A stretch of 62,785 nt of DNA, the filler included, from Dugesia japonica (Eukaryota): the NCBI GenBank assembly GCA_001938525.1. It is 7 parts of 7 records of this genome, joined end to end, with 100 filler letters (N's around TTAATTAATTAA, not from the genome) between each part and the next. Parts side by side here need not be neighbours in the genome. Positions count along the whole stretch, not along the records: positions 17,347 to 27,531 come from MQRL01631166.1; positions 27,632 to 35,815 come from MQRL01604066.1; positions 35,916 to 45,219 come from MQRL01636724.1; 4 more parts are not named here. The stretch is one strand, 5' to 3'. Under the pieces are notes generated by a model, which was given only the letters and a program-made list of their open reading frames with translations, was not told the origin of the DNA and ran no database searches. This document shows positions 26,781 through 39,934 of this stretch, in pieces. The translations under genes and the position numbers were made by a program. The number at the start of each line of letters is the position of its first letter. The first letter of the stretch is position 1.

Positions 26781-27531
26781 CAATGCCGTCCATATGTTTT
26801 GGACCACCCCTATAATATCCATAAAATAATGAAAATATATAATTATAAGTACTTTAATTTAGTTTATATTTAAATATATCAAAGAATATGTTGAAATACA
26901 TGTTTCCAATCAAAATCGTTGAAAGTAAAATTGTTGTAAATGTAAAAAAACCGATTTTTCCAAAAACATCAATTTTTAGGTCATTTTGAATACAAGAGTA
27001 AAAAATCAATAAAACATCTATTATTTACATTTCAAATGAGGAAGCACATTATAATAAAAAGTCAACCGCATGAACAATCAAGACACTCGAAATTAGTACC
27101 TTGTATTCATACCTTTATTTTTAATTACCTTTTGAATCCTTCTTGGCATGCTTTCATAAAGGTTTTTAATTTTAGATGTTGGAATCATCGCCCATTGCTC
27201 CTCGGAATTCTTCCACAGTGCCTCAATATTTGCTGGCTTACACATAGCAACTTTGGCTTTCATGTCAGCCTACAACGGCTCAATTATATTCAGGCCTGCT
27301 GATTCAGCTGGTCAATTACTGAGTACGCAGATTTTATTCATGTCTAAAAAAGAAGACACCAATCGTGATTTATGGCATGGAACTCCGTCTTGTTGAAATA
27401 TATTCTGTCCCTCATATATTGGCAACAACTCTTTCTTCAATACATTCATGTAGGCAGCAGAATTCATCCGATCCAGACACCTTATCAGAACTCTGGTACC
27501 ATCTTCTTTGATTGCACCCCAAACCATCAAA
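26781..27531 (-). mobile_element. Tc1-family transposon 3' half (DD34E transposase) inserted in the Gypsy RT
   Basis: MVWGAI...IFQQDGVPCHKS...PAESAGLNIIE...LYESMPRRIQKVIKNKGMNTRY, stop at 27093. The terminus CAATGCCG follows a TA. Confidence 0.9.
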
Positions 27532-27631
27532 NNNNNNNNNNNNNNNNNNNNNNNNNNNNNNNNNNNNNNNNNNNNTTAATTAATTAANNNNNNNNNNNNN
27601 NNNNNNNNNNNNNNNNNNNNNNNNNNNNNNN
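27532..27631. other. Artificial 100-bp contig linker
   Basis: N44-TTAATTAATTAA-N44. Confidence 0.95.
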
Positions 27632-27848
27632 TTTCGGAAATCAACTGAATATTAAATAATAAACATTTATTTCAGTTCTCTACCCAAATATTTTAGATAT
27701 TTAAATATATATATATATAGAAAATGAATACAATAGAAAATACTATTTAATCACCGCAATTTCATTTACATCCTTAATCTTAATATTTATATTTTTGTAA
27801 CTCACTGTTTTGGAAACAGTTCTACATGATTTGTTTCAATGCACACAG

Positions 27849-27856
27849 TATATAAA
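27849..27856 (+). promoter_or_regulatory. Candidate TATA box of the four-TM gene
   Basis: TATATAAA about 70 bp upstream of the ATG at 27919. The AT-rich background lowers specificity. Confidence 0.4.
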
Positions 27857-27918
27857 GCGTTGATTTTTATTCAATTTTGTTGTTAGTTAATTTTCTTTTT
27901 AATTAATTATTTTGAAAA

Positions 27919-28467
27919 ATGTATTATTACAGATGCGGCAGAGCTTATCACTTTCTAAGTGGTTCCATCTTCATTTTATGCGGCATTATAATTTTCATAT
28001 GTGAAGTAGTTTACACAGCATTAGGAATGTCAACTTTCGTTGTACCTTTTATCGCTGGAATCTTATCAATTATTGGTGGAATAGTATTGATCATTCTAGT
28101 TTCGAAAAAAGAGAATCATAAAATTGCATCACTATTATTGGATTTTTTTATATTTATGCTAATTATTATTTCAATCTCACTTAGATGCTCTTATTCCGTA
28201 ATCTGTTCGATATCAGGAGGGTTTCAATGGTTGAATTTCTTGTTTTTAATAAGTCATATAATATATGTAGGAATCGAGATCAGAAAAACTGTTCAACATC
28301 AACAAAGTAATATTCAAGTGCAAAATACTGTTATATATAGCATTCGACAACAAGTTATTCCCCAACAATTATCTACAAATAATTATTCAGCTCGACCTCC
28401 ACCTTATTCAATAGGTGCTATTCATCCCGCAAATTCTTCGTCATATCATCAACAATCTAGATATTAA
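27919..28467 (+). CDS. Intronless 182-aa four-transmembrane protein, MS4A/CD20-like, with a Q/S-rich tail containing PPPY
   Basis: Intact ORF with AAAAATG context and four hydrophobic segments. PFIAGILSIIGG resembles the CD20-family PFWGGxxFIISG. AATAAA at 28583. Confidence 0.7.
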   Translation: MYYYRCGRAYHFLSGSIFILCGIIIFICEVVYTALGMSTFVVPFIAGILSIIGGIVLIILVSKKENHKIASLLLDFFIFMLIIISISLRCSYSVICSISGGFQWLNFLFLISHIIYVGIEIRKTVQHQQSNIQVQNTVIYSIRQQVIPQQLSTNNYSARPPPYSIGAIHPANSSSYHQQSRY

Positions 28468-28825
28468 TTCATTAGAAATTCTATTTATTAACTTGTTATA
28501 ATATTAAAAGATTTTAAATAATTTAGTTATGGAATTGAATAATATATTCCTTATTTTTTGGTTTTTTGTAATTGTTAATGACAATAAAATTACTTCTGTG
28601 AACTTTTGTGGCTCTTTTAGATGCATCTCATTATCTTATTTCTTATTCTCATTATCTTGTTTTTAGGTCCTTTATGTGTACGTTCAGTGTTGGTTTTTTC
28701 AATGACCTTTGTTATCTCTATGTTTTCCATAAATTGTTAGAGATGCTGTTTTATTAAAGTGTACAAGTTTTCTTAACTCTTCATTAATTTTTTTAATATT
28801 TTAAATAAAAAGAAACTTTATAATA

Positions 28826-28935
28826 ATTTTATAATTACAATTATTGCGAGAATAATTGTTGGACTTAACCATTGATCGCATTTGAGATTTCATTAAAATA
28901 AGAAAAGGCTTCGATCAAAATAAAATTTATTTGTA
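28826..28935 (-). mobile_element. Fragment of the same pseudo-LTR family as 3060-3256 and 61690-61873
   Basis: Reverse complement reads ttttgatcgaagccttttcttattttaatgaaatctcaaatgcgatcaatggttaagtcc. Further pieces at 36829-36882, 59068-59115 and 62759-62785. Confidence 0.7.
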
Positions 28936-29939
28936 AAAAGGTTCAAATATGACGTCATAATAACTACATGGATATGGAATTGTTATATAATGATTACATA
29001 ACCACATATTCGATAAATAGTAATTATATTATTAATAATTTTATTCAAAGTAGAATTATTAATGAAATTTTATGAGGTCTTAAAATTAATCATATAGTGA
29101 TTATTTTTAACAATTAAATTAATTATGCATCATTAATAAGTTTTAAAGAAATGATGGTTCAGTTAATCAGTGGTGATTTCAAATCCAATTATTGGCCATT
29201 TAGTTTTTTATTAAGGTTAAATATTGATAATTTTTAACCATGTTATTCTTTCTTAACGCAAAATTCTCTATCGAATAAGTACTTTGTCCTTTACATTTGA
29301 ATTACCTTTTATTTTTAATAGTCCTTTATGGAGACTCTAATTTAAAAAGCATAATTTTATCTATTTATTTTAAAATTTGCCTAAAGTTAGCGTGTTTTCA
29401 CACAAATTCATGTTTTTCGTACTTTTTCTGATAATTATTTGAAAATTATTCAATTAATTATTCTCTATAATATGTTATGTTTTCAATGAATATTTAGAAA
29501 TTATTTAAAATTTATCTAATGCTTAATAAAAAGTTCCGATTATAAATTAAACATCAATTAAAATACATACGAAATCTAATTTAATTTCAAAATTAAAAGT
29601 AAAATATAGATCATGTTAAATAAATACATATAAATGCAAGATTTATAGATTTAAAAAAAATTTAAGAAATAAATATCATCAAATTAATAATTACTCGATT
29701 TTTAATGAGTAATATAAAATCCCTTAACCATTTATGATAATTTTATTTATTTTTCTTAGATATATTCACATTAATTTGATTAAAAGGAAATTCTACTACC
29801 ATTAAAAATAATTATTTGATGCTTTCACTATCAATGAAGTACGGGAAAGTAATTGAAAACTGAAAATTCGTGAACCGTGAGAAGATCATTGATGACTGAA
29901 GATCAGTGAAAAGTGGAAAATCCAATAAGTGAGAGAAAA

Positions 29940-30195
29940 GACCTAAATTATCATCTAAAGAGTAAATTATTACCCAAAAGAGACAAAAACAATCAAAATA
30001 TTGACTTTATTCGACCTCACCGAGGAAACAATTTGATACTGAGGAAATTCTAGATCGAAATACACCTGATTTGACCTCATCGAGTAAATTCATGACCGAA
30101 ACTAACTCTAGATTGACCTGATTCCACCTCACTGAACTAATTATCGCACAAATTCCCTTAAAAACCACCGAATCAACCTCTCTGAGTAAATTATC
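29940..30195. repeat. Degenerate repeat, ACCTCNNNGAGTAAATT motif every 50-60 bp
   Basis: Motif copies near 30014, 30074, 30126 and 30176, with a weaker one near 29955. Confidence 0.55.
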
Positions 30196-31131
30196 AGCTT
30201 ATTTTTATTATAATTTTGTTCTCACAAGAGTCTCCAAAATTAAGTACTTTTTATTGATAAAACTTTTTATCTATAAGTTTTGACGATTTTAGGTGATGTC
30301 TTTTGTGATCAACGTAAAGTCTCTATCGAATGATCAAAGTTGAGCTACTTTTTATTATTTGAAAAAATTTAACCAAATCCAGGAGGACAGTTGTACATCT
30401 TCCTTAGGAAGCATTTTTGCCGAGACGATAATTTAACTTTATTTATACGCTTTTATTCCTAAGTTAAATAAAATCAAATTGAGGAAATTGTGTCAAAATT
30501 TAAAATTTACAATTTTTCGAGACAAAACCACATTTATTTAAACCAGGATAAAGTTTGAACAATTTAACTATGAACATTATGATCAGCAAAATATTCTCTA
30601 ATAGTCATGCCAATTTTCGTTTCGGAAAGAAAGAATTTATCCGAAAATTTTTTATTTTTTAAAAATGATCCTCATCGAATTCTGGATCAATTGATGTAAA
30701 AATCTCGATTAAAAATATTTTTGAAATTTGGAATGTTCTACCCGGATTCCCAAAATTTTTTTTTAAAAATTTGAAAAGTTAAACAAACATGACCTAATTT
30801 CACCGATTTTCAATAAAAATTTCCATTAACAATTTTGGCCACCTAAAGAGCATGAAAAATACTGCTGTGTAGGAAGACTAAAAAATACTATCGCTTAAAA
30901 AACCTAAGTAATACTGCCACTTAAAAAGCCTAAAAAGTTCTAAAAATAGTAAATAACTTAATCTTTTACATAATAATCGCAAAGATGAAATTAATCCATT
31001 ACATAATATCTGTGCAAAATTATCACCGTTTAAAAAGCTTGAAAATATACAATCACTTGCGTAATAATTTTTTACGTCAGCGGGGGGGGGGTAATCTAGT
31101 TTGCTATTATTTACCTACTTTTATCATTTGG

Positions 31132-31197
<66 letters not shown>

Positions 31198-31259
31198 NNN
31201 NNNNNNNNNNNNNNNNNNNNNNNNNNNNNNNNNNNNNNNNNNNNNNNNNNNNNNNNNNN

Positions 31260-31304
<45 letters not shown>

Positions 31305-31385
31305 TTATTATTATTATTATAATAACTATTTTAAAGATCCTTTTTTAAACTATAAAATTTTTAAGTTACTTTTTTTCTAGGACTA

Positions 31386-32030
31386 TGTCTATTATGTAAA
31401 AATTACTGTTCAAATAGAATATATAACACGTCTCGCCATACTGTAATGAAAAAGTTCTATGGTCGTTTAATTAACAGAGTAGTGTATTATATATGTCCAA
31501 CATTCACCACATTAATTACAGGTTTATACAGTGATTTCTATAGTATACATGAACCACATTTATCGCAATTTAATAAGAAAAAAAATATTTTTTCAATTAG
31601 TTGATAGTTATTTTCAACCATGTAAGATTTTAAAATAATAACCTGAAGTTATAGCTATGAGCTATGATGAAATAGAGGTTAAGGTTAAGTTTTTTATGTT
31701 CAAGTTGTTTATCCGGTTGTTGATCTGACTGTTTATTCAGTTAATCATCCAACTATTGATCTAGATGATTGTTATATTGATCTTGATACGGTAATATTAG
31801 ATTTTACGATAATTGATGAATGGGATAGATAGGTAATGACTTTTGATTATGAAATAGGTGATGAAAACTTTGTTTTGAATAAATCTTTGTAAGAGGAATC
31901 CAAGGTTGGTGGTTTTCTTATTCCTGAAGATTCTGTTGTTGAAACACAATTACATAAATATTATCAAATATTAAAATTAAATATTTCTAATTATAAAATA
32001 GAAATTGTGCAAACAGATAACTTATTAAAT
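31386..32030 (+). pseudogene. Second copy of the Polinton PolB N-terminal region
   Basis: CLLCKNY...VYYICPTF...DFYSIHEPHLSQF and EESKVGGFLIPEDSVVETQLHKYYQILK align with 18110-18700. Confidence 0.6.
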
Positions 32031-32569
32031 TAATTATTTGAAATAGTAAATAAAATGAAAAATGGTAAGATAAAATTTGGTATTGAAATTTAATTTATTT
32101 AAGATGGGGAAATTAAGACTTGTAGCTTTTCTAAAAGGGCTGTTCTTTTGACTTATGATTTTTCTGTAATTAAGAGAATTAATATAAGTAGACTCTCTGA
32201 AAGTAGCTGGATTGATGCTCCAAAAGAATTTGATATTAAAAAGGCTATTGTCACTTAAAGGCATAATGATGATTAATGCTTCCAATACAGTATTCTTGCA
32301 ATACTTAAGAGAATATTTAGTACACAAAAAATCATAGTTATCGTGCTTCACAATATATAGAGTACTTAATTGANTTAAAATTTGATCATTCTGACATGCC
32401 AATGAGGTTGGCTAATATTTTTAAGTTTGAAAATTAAAACACAGGGTTATTGATTAATGTTTTATCTTGGTATTCTTTTTCTGTGTATCGATGATGTTAT
32501 AATTGCGTTACGATTACGTAATAAGTTGTGTTTTTGTTTTAATTGAGCAATATTAACATTAAACATATT

Positions 32570-33010
32570 CCGGGCAATATTAACATTAGTTGCTCAGGTT
32601 TCATACTAATGGATGTTTAATGGCTCATACTATTAGTTGCTCAGGGCTTATACTAAGAGATGTCTATGGGTTTATAATCTTGACCAAACCCGACATTAGA
32701 TGCTCCATGACTCATACTATTAGATTCTCCGACCATAGATGCTCACTGGCTCATACTATTATATGATCCGACATTAGATAATCCCTGAACAAACTATTCA
32801 ATGCTAACTAATCAATATTGATATTCTTTCAACGAAACGACTTAAATAATAAATGTTTCAGGGTTTATATTATCAGATGTTCGTTGTAAACATTAGTTGT
32901 TACAAGGTACAAACTATGAAATGTCTATGGGTACGCACTCTTGGCTGTAATCGACATTAGATGCTCACTTAACACACTGTGCAATGCTCCTGACATTAGA
33001 TGTTCACAGT
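32570..33010. repeat. Degenerate minisatellite, unit about 21-23 bp, core (G)ACATTAGATGCTC
   Basis: Core variants recur more than ten times, e.g. 32583, 32691, 32952, 32991. Confidence 0.7.
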
Positions 33011-35469
33011 TCTATTAATGTTTGCTGCTGACCCGAATAAATGATTACCATTCCACTGAAAATGATCTTTAATATTTCTATTCTAAGTAAAATTATTATC
33101 AATAATATCATTAAAAATTATTTTCATACATTGTTTCAATAACAGTTTTGTTTGAACTCCATACCATTATATTACCTACTCCAACATGTACAGTCTGGCG
33201 GAGCAAATCCATCAAGGTTCATTAGCATCCAATTGAATCCGTTCATGATTGAACTTATCGATCACCTTTTATTTATAAAAAATCTGTAATTTTAATCTAT
33301 TAAAAAATAGTTTTCAATTATAGCATAAAGTTTTAATTTGTTGGAATAAACAAATAATTATGTTATAGTTTTTGTTGGAAATAAATTATACTATGGAGTT
33401 GAATTTTGATATTGATAATTCTATGAGTATTCAAAACTCATCTAACAGTTATCATAGTATGTATATTCAATCTTTTAAATTTAAAAACGTCTTTGTTACA
33501 GTATGACACTATCTACCTACTCAGCTAATAAAGTGGCAAATTTTCCAATTAAAAGCGTGGATAGAGAATTTTCAAAGTGGGAGAGTGGGTGTTATTTTGT
33601 ATAAAACAACAAAAAGAAAGAAGAATAATTTACAATATGAAGTTAATTTACTGATAATTAAGTTAATATCAGATCGGCAAATAGAAATCAAATTTCCTCG
33701 CGGTTTAAAGTAAGGAATAATAGAATGGTTAAAGAATTGGAAAGGATTTTGATGAAGGGAAGAGTTACAACGATTAACAAAAAAGTCAATTTATTAAAAA
33801 ATTTATTTATCAAGAATGACGTCTATACATTGTTAACGAAAAAATAATTTAAATATCATTCATGAAATACATTAATATGTTCCTTTAGTTTGTCGTATTT
33901 TTTTCTTTTTTCTGACTAGATACAGTAGAATTGACAGTTCGGATTATATTTATTATCTATTAACAAACCAAAGTAAGAGGTCTTCTTCGGCAGCTAGATC
34001 TTAATGGTAGTTTCATTATTTACCACCTTGAGATTTAAAATCCGTTAGCTTCTGTCATTTGATTTTTCGAGAAGAAATTTTAAACAATGAAGTAACCAAC
34101 ACTGATGTTGCCGTTTGATTTACTCGATCTGATTTTAATTGCTTTTTCTCTTGAATGACCTAAGTAATATATTTCCAGCATTTAATGGTGTCTTTCTACT
34201 AATTGAAAACCATAAATTACAATTAAAATTTATATACGAGTAATTAATATTATTATTATTGGTCGTATTTGAAGTTACTTTTTCGGTAGTGAGAAATTAG
34301 ATTTTATAATGTAATCCTAACGTAGTATTAAGCTGATGTTCTGATACAAATCATTTAAAGTCACTAAAGCAAATTAAAAAAATTGAAAGAAATAACTACT
34401 GTCTGATTAACTAATAATTCATAGACTATTTGTTTATTTATGAGTGACAGAATAAAACAGGAAAACAACAAGAAATTTGAATCATATTCTAATGTTTATG
34501 AAATTTATTTTAAATTATTAAATTGATTTTGTTTGATAGATTGTAAGTAAAAGCGTTTACAGTTTTGGATTATAATCCACCATTCTCGCGGAAAAACAGT
34601 TAATTCCCCCTTATATTAGTAAATCTCTCCCTATTTTAAAAAATTTCCCGTTTTTTAGTAACTAAATGTATATTACCATTTAACTATATATTGCACGACT
34701 AGATGTAAAAAATAAGTAAAACAGCTTATCAAGACATTTAAAAAGATTAAAAATATTAAAAACATTTTTATACAAATTTAATTATTAAATTTTTTTGATG
34801 AAAAAATTCATTTAAAATTTTTTACAAGCAAGAACAAAATTGCTATTCTTCTATTTAAAATGTTTCGGTAATGTGTTCTTCAGGAACTATTATTCAATTA
34901 ATTCTGTTATAAATCTTCAAATACAAACACATTTATATTAATCTGATTAAAATTAATTTTTATTGGTTGGTGATTATAAAACTAAATTTACTGAAAATAT
35001 TCAGTCTCTTGTTGCTAACATTATTAGAAATCTTTATTTTTAAAATTTTCTTAAAATTTAAAGAATTTCTTTTAATTATTTAATTATTATTTAATTAATT
35101 TTTTTAAACTTTACTAAGACTTATGAACATCCTTTAATTTTTCTTCCTCACCATTCTTCTTTTCAAATTCTTAATGGAATCCAAATTGCACCTGATTTCT
35201 CACATGTTCTGGAATTTGAACCGATTTCAATTCTAAATTTTTCAACTTGAATTAGAGACTTGAAAAATGATTCATTAAAATCTGATTTACGAGTATAATC
35301 ATTGTTAATCCTTGTTATTCTTCTTTAATTATTTCCAAATTTTCAGTAGAAATCTCCTATTTCATATTTTCGTTCATAACTTATTCATTCTAAAACTAAA
35401 TACAATTCATTAAAATCTTAACTAGTGGACACCATGCTTCCCTCATTTTTTCACTAATTTTGATGAAAA

Positions 35470-35745
35470 CCCTACGACACAATCATAAATGTTATTGTAA
35501 AAATAAATGTATTGGCATTATCTATCTTATTAGACTGTCTCTTACACGATTTAAATGAGTGGATTAAGTAACCCGAACAAAAAGAGTTCAAGCAAGCACT
35601 CAAATTGCGTGTTCCGAGTCGCCAACTCCATTCCGAAAATCTAGCTCACGGACACTAGATCAAATTTTAGCAGGGTTTCGCTGAGAGACTGATTCCCCAG
35701 TCATAAATTAAAACCACCCGACTTAGATGGGATTCCAACAACAAC

Positions 35746-35815
<70 letters not shown>
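35470..35815 (+). mobile_element. Probable 3' end of a non-LTR retrotransposon with (AAT)n tail
   Basis: Decayed frame ending RVQASTQIAC..VANSI.KI*, then a GC-richer 3' UTR with hairpin GACTG-attccc-CAGTC, then directly (AAC)(AAT)n. Confidence 0.45.
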
Positions 35816-35915
35816 NNNNNNNNNNNNNNNNNNNNNNNNNNNNNNNNNNNNNNNNNNNNTTAATTAATTAANNNNNNNNNNNNNNNNNNNNNNNNNNNNN
35901 NNNNNNNNNNNNNNN
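35816..35915. other. Artificial 100-bp contig linker
   Basis: N44-TTAATTAATTAA-N44. Confidence 0.95.
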
Positions 35916-37800
35916 AATTAACTTATAAATCCAATAAATTAACCATATAAATACCAAATAAAACCATATAATTACTATATAAGACCCTAGAAAAACTAAT
36001 AAAACCTAATGAAAACACTATGAGAACATATTAAACCGTATAATTACCTTATAAATCTAATAAACCCTAATAAATCCATTAAAGAAATCATATAATACTA
36101 TATAATTATCTTATAAAACCTATAGAAAACATATTGTAGTTTGTAAATTATTCTTAATAAAATGTATATGTAAATCTATGAAACTTTGAATGAACTTTGC
36201 ATATTTTATTAAACAAATGATATATAAATTAAGCAGGTTAAGTATATTAATGGGTATATGAATGTACTGAATACATTTAATCTATAGATTTCTTTGAAAT
36301 ATTTAAGTTCATGTAATTATTGAATGTATGCTGTGAATTGTTTCATTGAGTGCATTGAGTTTATTTCATGATTTTAATGAATGTATTAGATTTTCATAAC
36401 TCTAGTAACTTTTCAGGAACATGGAGTAAATATTTAGAAATAATTACATGATATTAGGTAACTTTTTAAAAATATTTTAAGGACCTCTGGTAACTTTTTA
36501 CAAAAATTACCGAATCTCCGGTAACTTTTTGAAATATTTTACGGATATCTAGTAAATCTTTCAGTTATTTTCCCTATGTTTTACATGGGAATTTGGAAAT
36601 TTTTGTGACATCTAGTAACTTTTAGAATGAATTACCAGATTTCTGATAAATCTTTTGAAATAGTTACATGACATCTAGTAACCTTTCATTGAAATATATG
36701 CAATTTTAAAAGAATTGATTAATAAGCTCATTTAAAAGTATATAATTTCTCTATAAAAACCTATGATTACCCTATAAAACATATATAATTACCATATTAA
36801 ACCCGATAAAAGCATAATAAGAACATATATGCGATCAATGGTTAAGTCCAACAATTATTCTAACAATAATTGTAATTATAAAATATAAAACCCTATATTT
36901 ACTCTATAAAAATCTTAAAATTCTTATAAAATCCGTATGAAAAGTAATATAATAACAAATTAAACCATATAAATACCTTAGGGAAACATATAAAACCCTA
37001 TTAAAAGATATAAAAACCATCAATCAGATAAAACTCTATTATAACCCTATAATTACCTTATAAAAAATTATAATGACTCTAATTACCTTAGAAATCCATA
37101 TTATAACCATATAAGTCCCATATAAATACCTTATAAAAATCCTTTATATAATTACCTGATTAAACCATATAAAACCCTATTAAACCATACAAAAACCATA
37201 TTAAAACAAATAAACCATATCAAAATCTATTAAATTCATATACTCACCATATAATTACTATATGAAACCCTATAGTTACCCTGTAAATCTTTACAAAATT
37301 ATATAAAAACTTTATTTTTGCTTAGTAATTGACCTTTTATATATTTACATTCCTACTTGTAATCTATAATGTCTTTGTTAACTTGCACAAGTATGATTCA
37401 TGCTCTTTGTTCTAGTTGTAATCGTGTTGCAATGTCTTTGTTAGACTTGCATCTATGTTGTATAGATATTGTTTGTTGTGCGTGAATTATTCCTTATACA
37501 TGTATATGTTTCATTTTGTGCGTATATTATTCATTATGCATGTGTATGTGTGTATTAGTTGTTTATTATGTGATTAAAACCTATTATAAAATCGTTAATA
37601 CTTAATAAGATTATATAAAANNNNNNNNNNNNNNNNNNNNNNNNNNNNNNNNNNNNNNNNNNNNNNNNNNNNNNNNNNNNNNNNNNNNNNNNNNNNNNNN
37701 NNNNNNNNNNNNNNNNNNNNNNNNNNNNNNNNNNNNNNNNNNNNNNNNNNNNNNNNNNNNACAAAACACCTGGTAAAACGTAAATATTTCTCAAGTAACA
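35916..37800. repeat. AT-rich composite repeat (AAACCATATA/TTACC and CTAGTAACTTTT subrepeats), possibly a long LTR
   Basis: About 36390-37487 is colinear with 40255-41287, with a partial third copy at 41730-41870. Ends in ...GTAACA at 37800. Confidence 0.65.
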
Positions 37801-39449
37801 TTGATATTAATATTACTCAGAGGGTATGAAAATTAATTTTGTCCAGAAGATAGCGTTAATAAATAATTTTAAAAACAAAAATAAATTTCAAAAATAAAAA
37901 AAAATTTCAAAAAAAAAACTAACAAAAATTTGAATTAAAAAATAATAGTTTTTAAAAACAAAATATAAATTCAGAAAAAAATAATAATGAATTTCGAAAT
38001 AAAAAAAAAGAGTTTCATAAAACAAAAAAATTGAAGAAAAAAAAGTTACCAAAAAAAATATTAATTAATTAATTTAACATTAAAACAAAAATTTAACTAT
38101 AACAAGGAAAATACAGCTATAATTCCTCAACTATAACAAAGAAAATACAAAATGAATTCTATTAAACATAGAACGTCAGTCATATTTGTTTAACATTAAT
38201 GCAATGGAAACAATGAAAATGCACGGTAAATCAAAGTTTTAATTAGGTTTCTTTAGAATATTATTGGATTTTATAGGTTATCTATATAGTTTCTTANNNN
38301 NNNNNNNNNNNNNNNNNNNNNNNNATTTTATTGGTTTGAAAATGTTTTTAAAGTTCATAAGATTTTAATTAATAAATTTTAAATTAACAAAAAATTAATT
38401 TTTGTTAATTAAGATGTTAATTAATAAATTTTAAATTAACAAAAAATTAATTTTTGTTTAGGTATATTAAATTAATTATCATTATATAGAAATTATTTTA
38501 GTTTAACTAAGCCAAATAAATAAAATAATAGATGACCTTAAAAAATCTTTAATTCCTCATTATTTCATAATTCAATTACAAAGTAAGTGACTATTTATTC
38601 GTTAATTTATTTTAATGATTTTTTTTAATCTTCATATTAACAGAATGAATTCAAGGAAACATATTTCAACGATTAAATTAAGGTTAATGACTTTCTTTAA
38701 TAATTATATGTTAATGATTTTATTTTAATTTGATTATATTTCATTTCATTTTATTTAAATTGTTAAGTTAACTATCATTACAATTTTTATTGTAATGATA
38801 TAAAATTTTCATAATATTATCAATATTTTTAGTGTATTAATAAGGTAATTTTATTCCAATTTTTCTTGTAATGATTTGATTTACATTATTAAGTTAAGTA
38901 TCATTATAATTTTCATTGTAATAATTTAAACTTTACATAATATTATAAAATTTTAACTTAATAATTTTTACTTAATTTAATGATTTTGATTGAACACAGG
39001 GATTTCACTTAATGATATAACTTAATTATTATAACGAAACACATATACAGGTAATTTATTTTGTTATTTAAACTCATTAACTTGTACTATTAAAATCTAA
39101 TTTACAATTAAGATTCAGATTTAAACAACTGTTCATAATGACTGTGATTATCTGTTTTATCAACAATAAATTTTATGTTTTGATTAGTCTTTTCATTTGT
39201 CTTTTATATATTATTAAAAATATTGTCTGAGAAGCATCTAATCTTAATATTTCTTGGAGCGATAAATATTGATGTTAATATTGGTTAGGGAAAAATCACT
39301 TCAAAATTTGAAAATTTAAACAAAATAAGTTTTCCCATGCATTTTTTTGAAAATAAAATCCGTAAAAGTCATTAAATCACTTAATTTAAATAAAAATCTC
39401 AAAAATCAGTAAATTTAAACAAATCACAAAAATCAATTAACTTAAACAA

Positions 39450-39934
39450 AAAATAAATAAATAAATAAACATTAAAACAAAAAATATTATTTTTGTGCAA
39501 GAAATTTAAATATTAAATCTGTTCGGATGATAGTTGTCATGGAAATAACTTTGACCTACATTTACTCGACCTTGAAATATTACACCGATCAGAACTGNNN
39601 NNNNNNNNNNNNNNNNNNNNNNNNNNNNNNNNNNNNNNNNNNNNNNNAAATAAATAAATAAACATTAAAACAAAAAATATTATGTTTGCGCGAGAAATTT
39701 AATTATTAAATCTGCCTAGATAATAGATGTCATGGAAATAATCTTGATCTACTTTTTTGACCTTGACCTACTTTTACTTGACCTTGATCTACTATTACTC
39801 GACCTTGAAATATTACACCAATCAGAACTGAGTTAACTAAATCAATCTGGCCTTGAGAACTTCCAACAATCAAAATCAAGTATACTAGATCACTGACCTT
39901 GAAATTTTGACCTTGAATTATTTTAGCCAATCAG
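39450..39934 (+). repeat. Left arm of a foldback/MITE-like element rich in TGACCTTGA
   Basis: Inverted homology to 41288-41665, e.g. tatactagatcactgaccttga / taaggtcagtgatctagtata. Confidence 0.7.

Noticed and set aside
29940-30195. CRISPR array
   Set aside because: Eukaryotic context, repeats short and degenerate, spacing irregular, and no cas genes.
33170-33270. Possible minus-strand exon MNGFNWMLMNLDGFAPPDCTCWS
   Set aside because: A donor site is present but there is no convincing in-frame neighbouring exon or recognisable family.
34855-34890. CUGAAGA...GAAA hammerhead-like core on the minus strand (similar cores at 29896 and 30039)
   Set aside because: Stems I and II cannot be formed. 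At best a heavily decayed copy.
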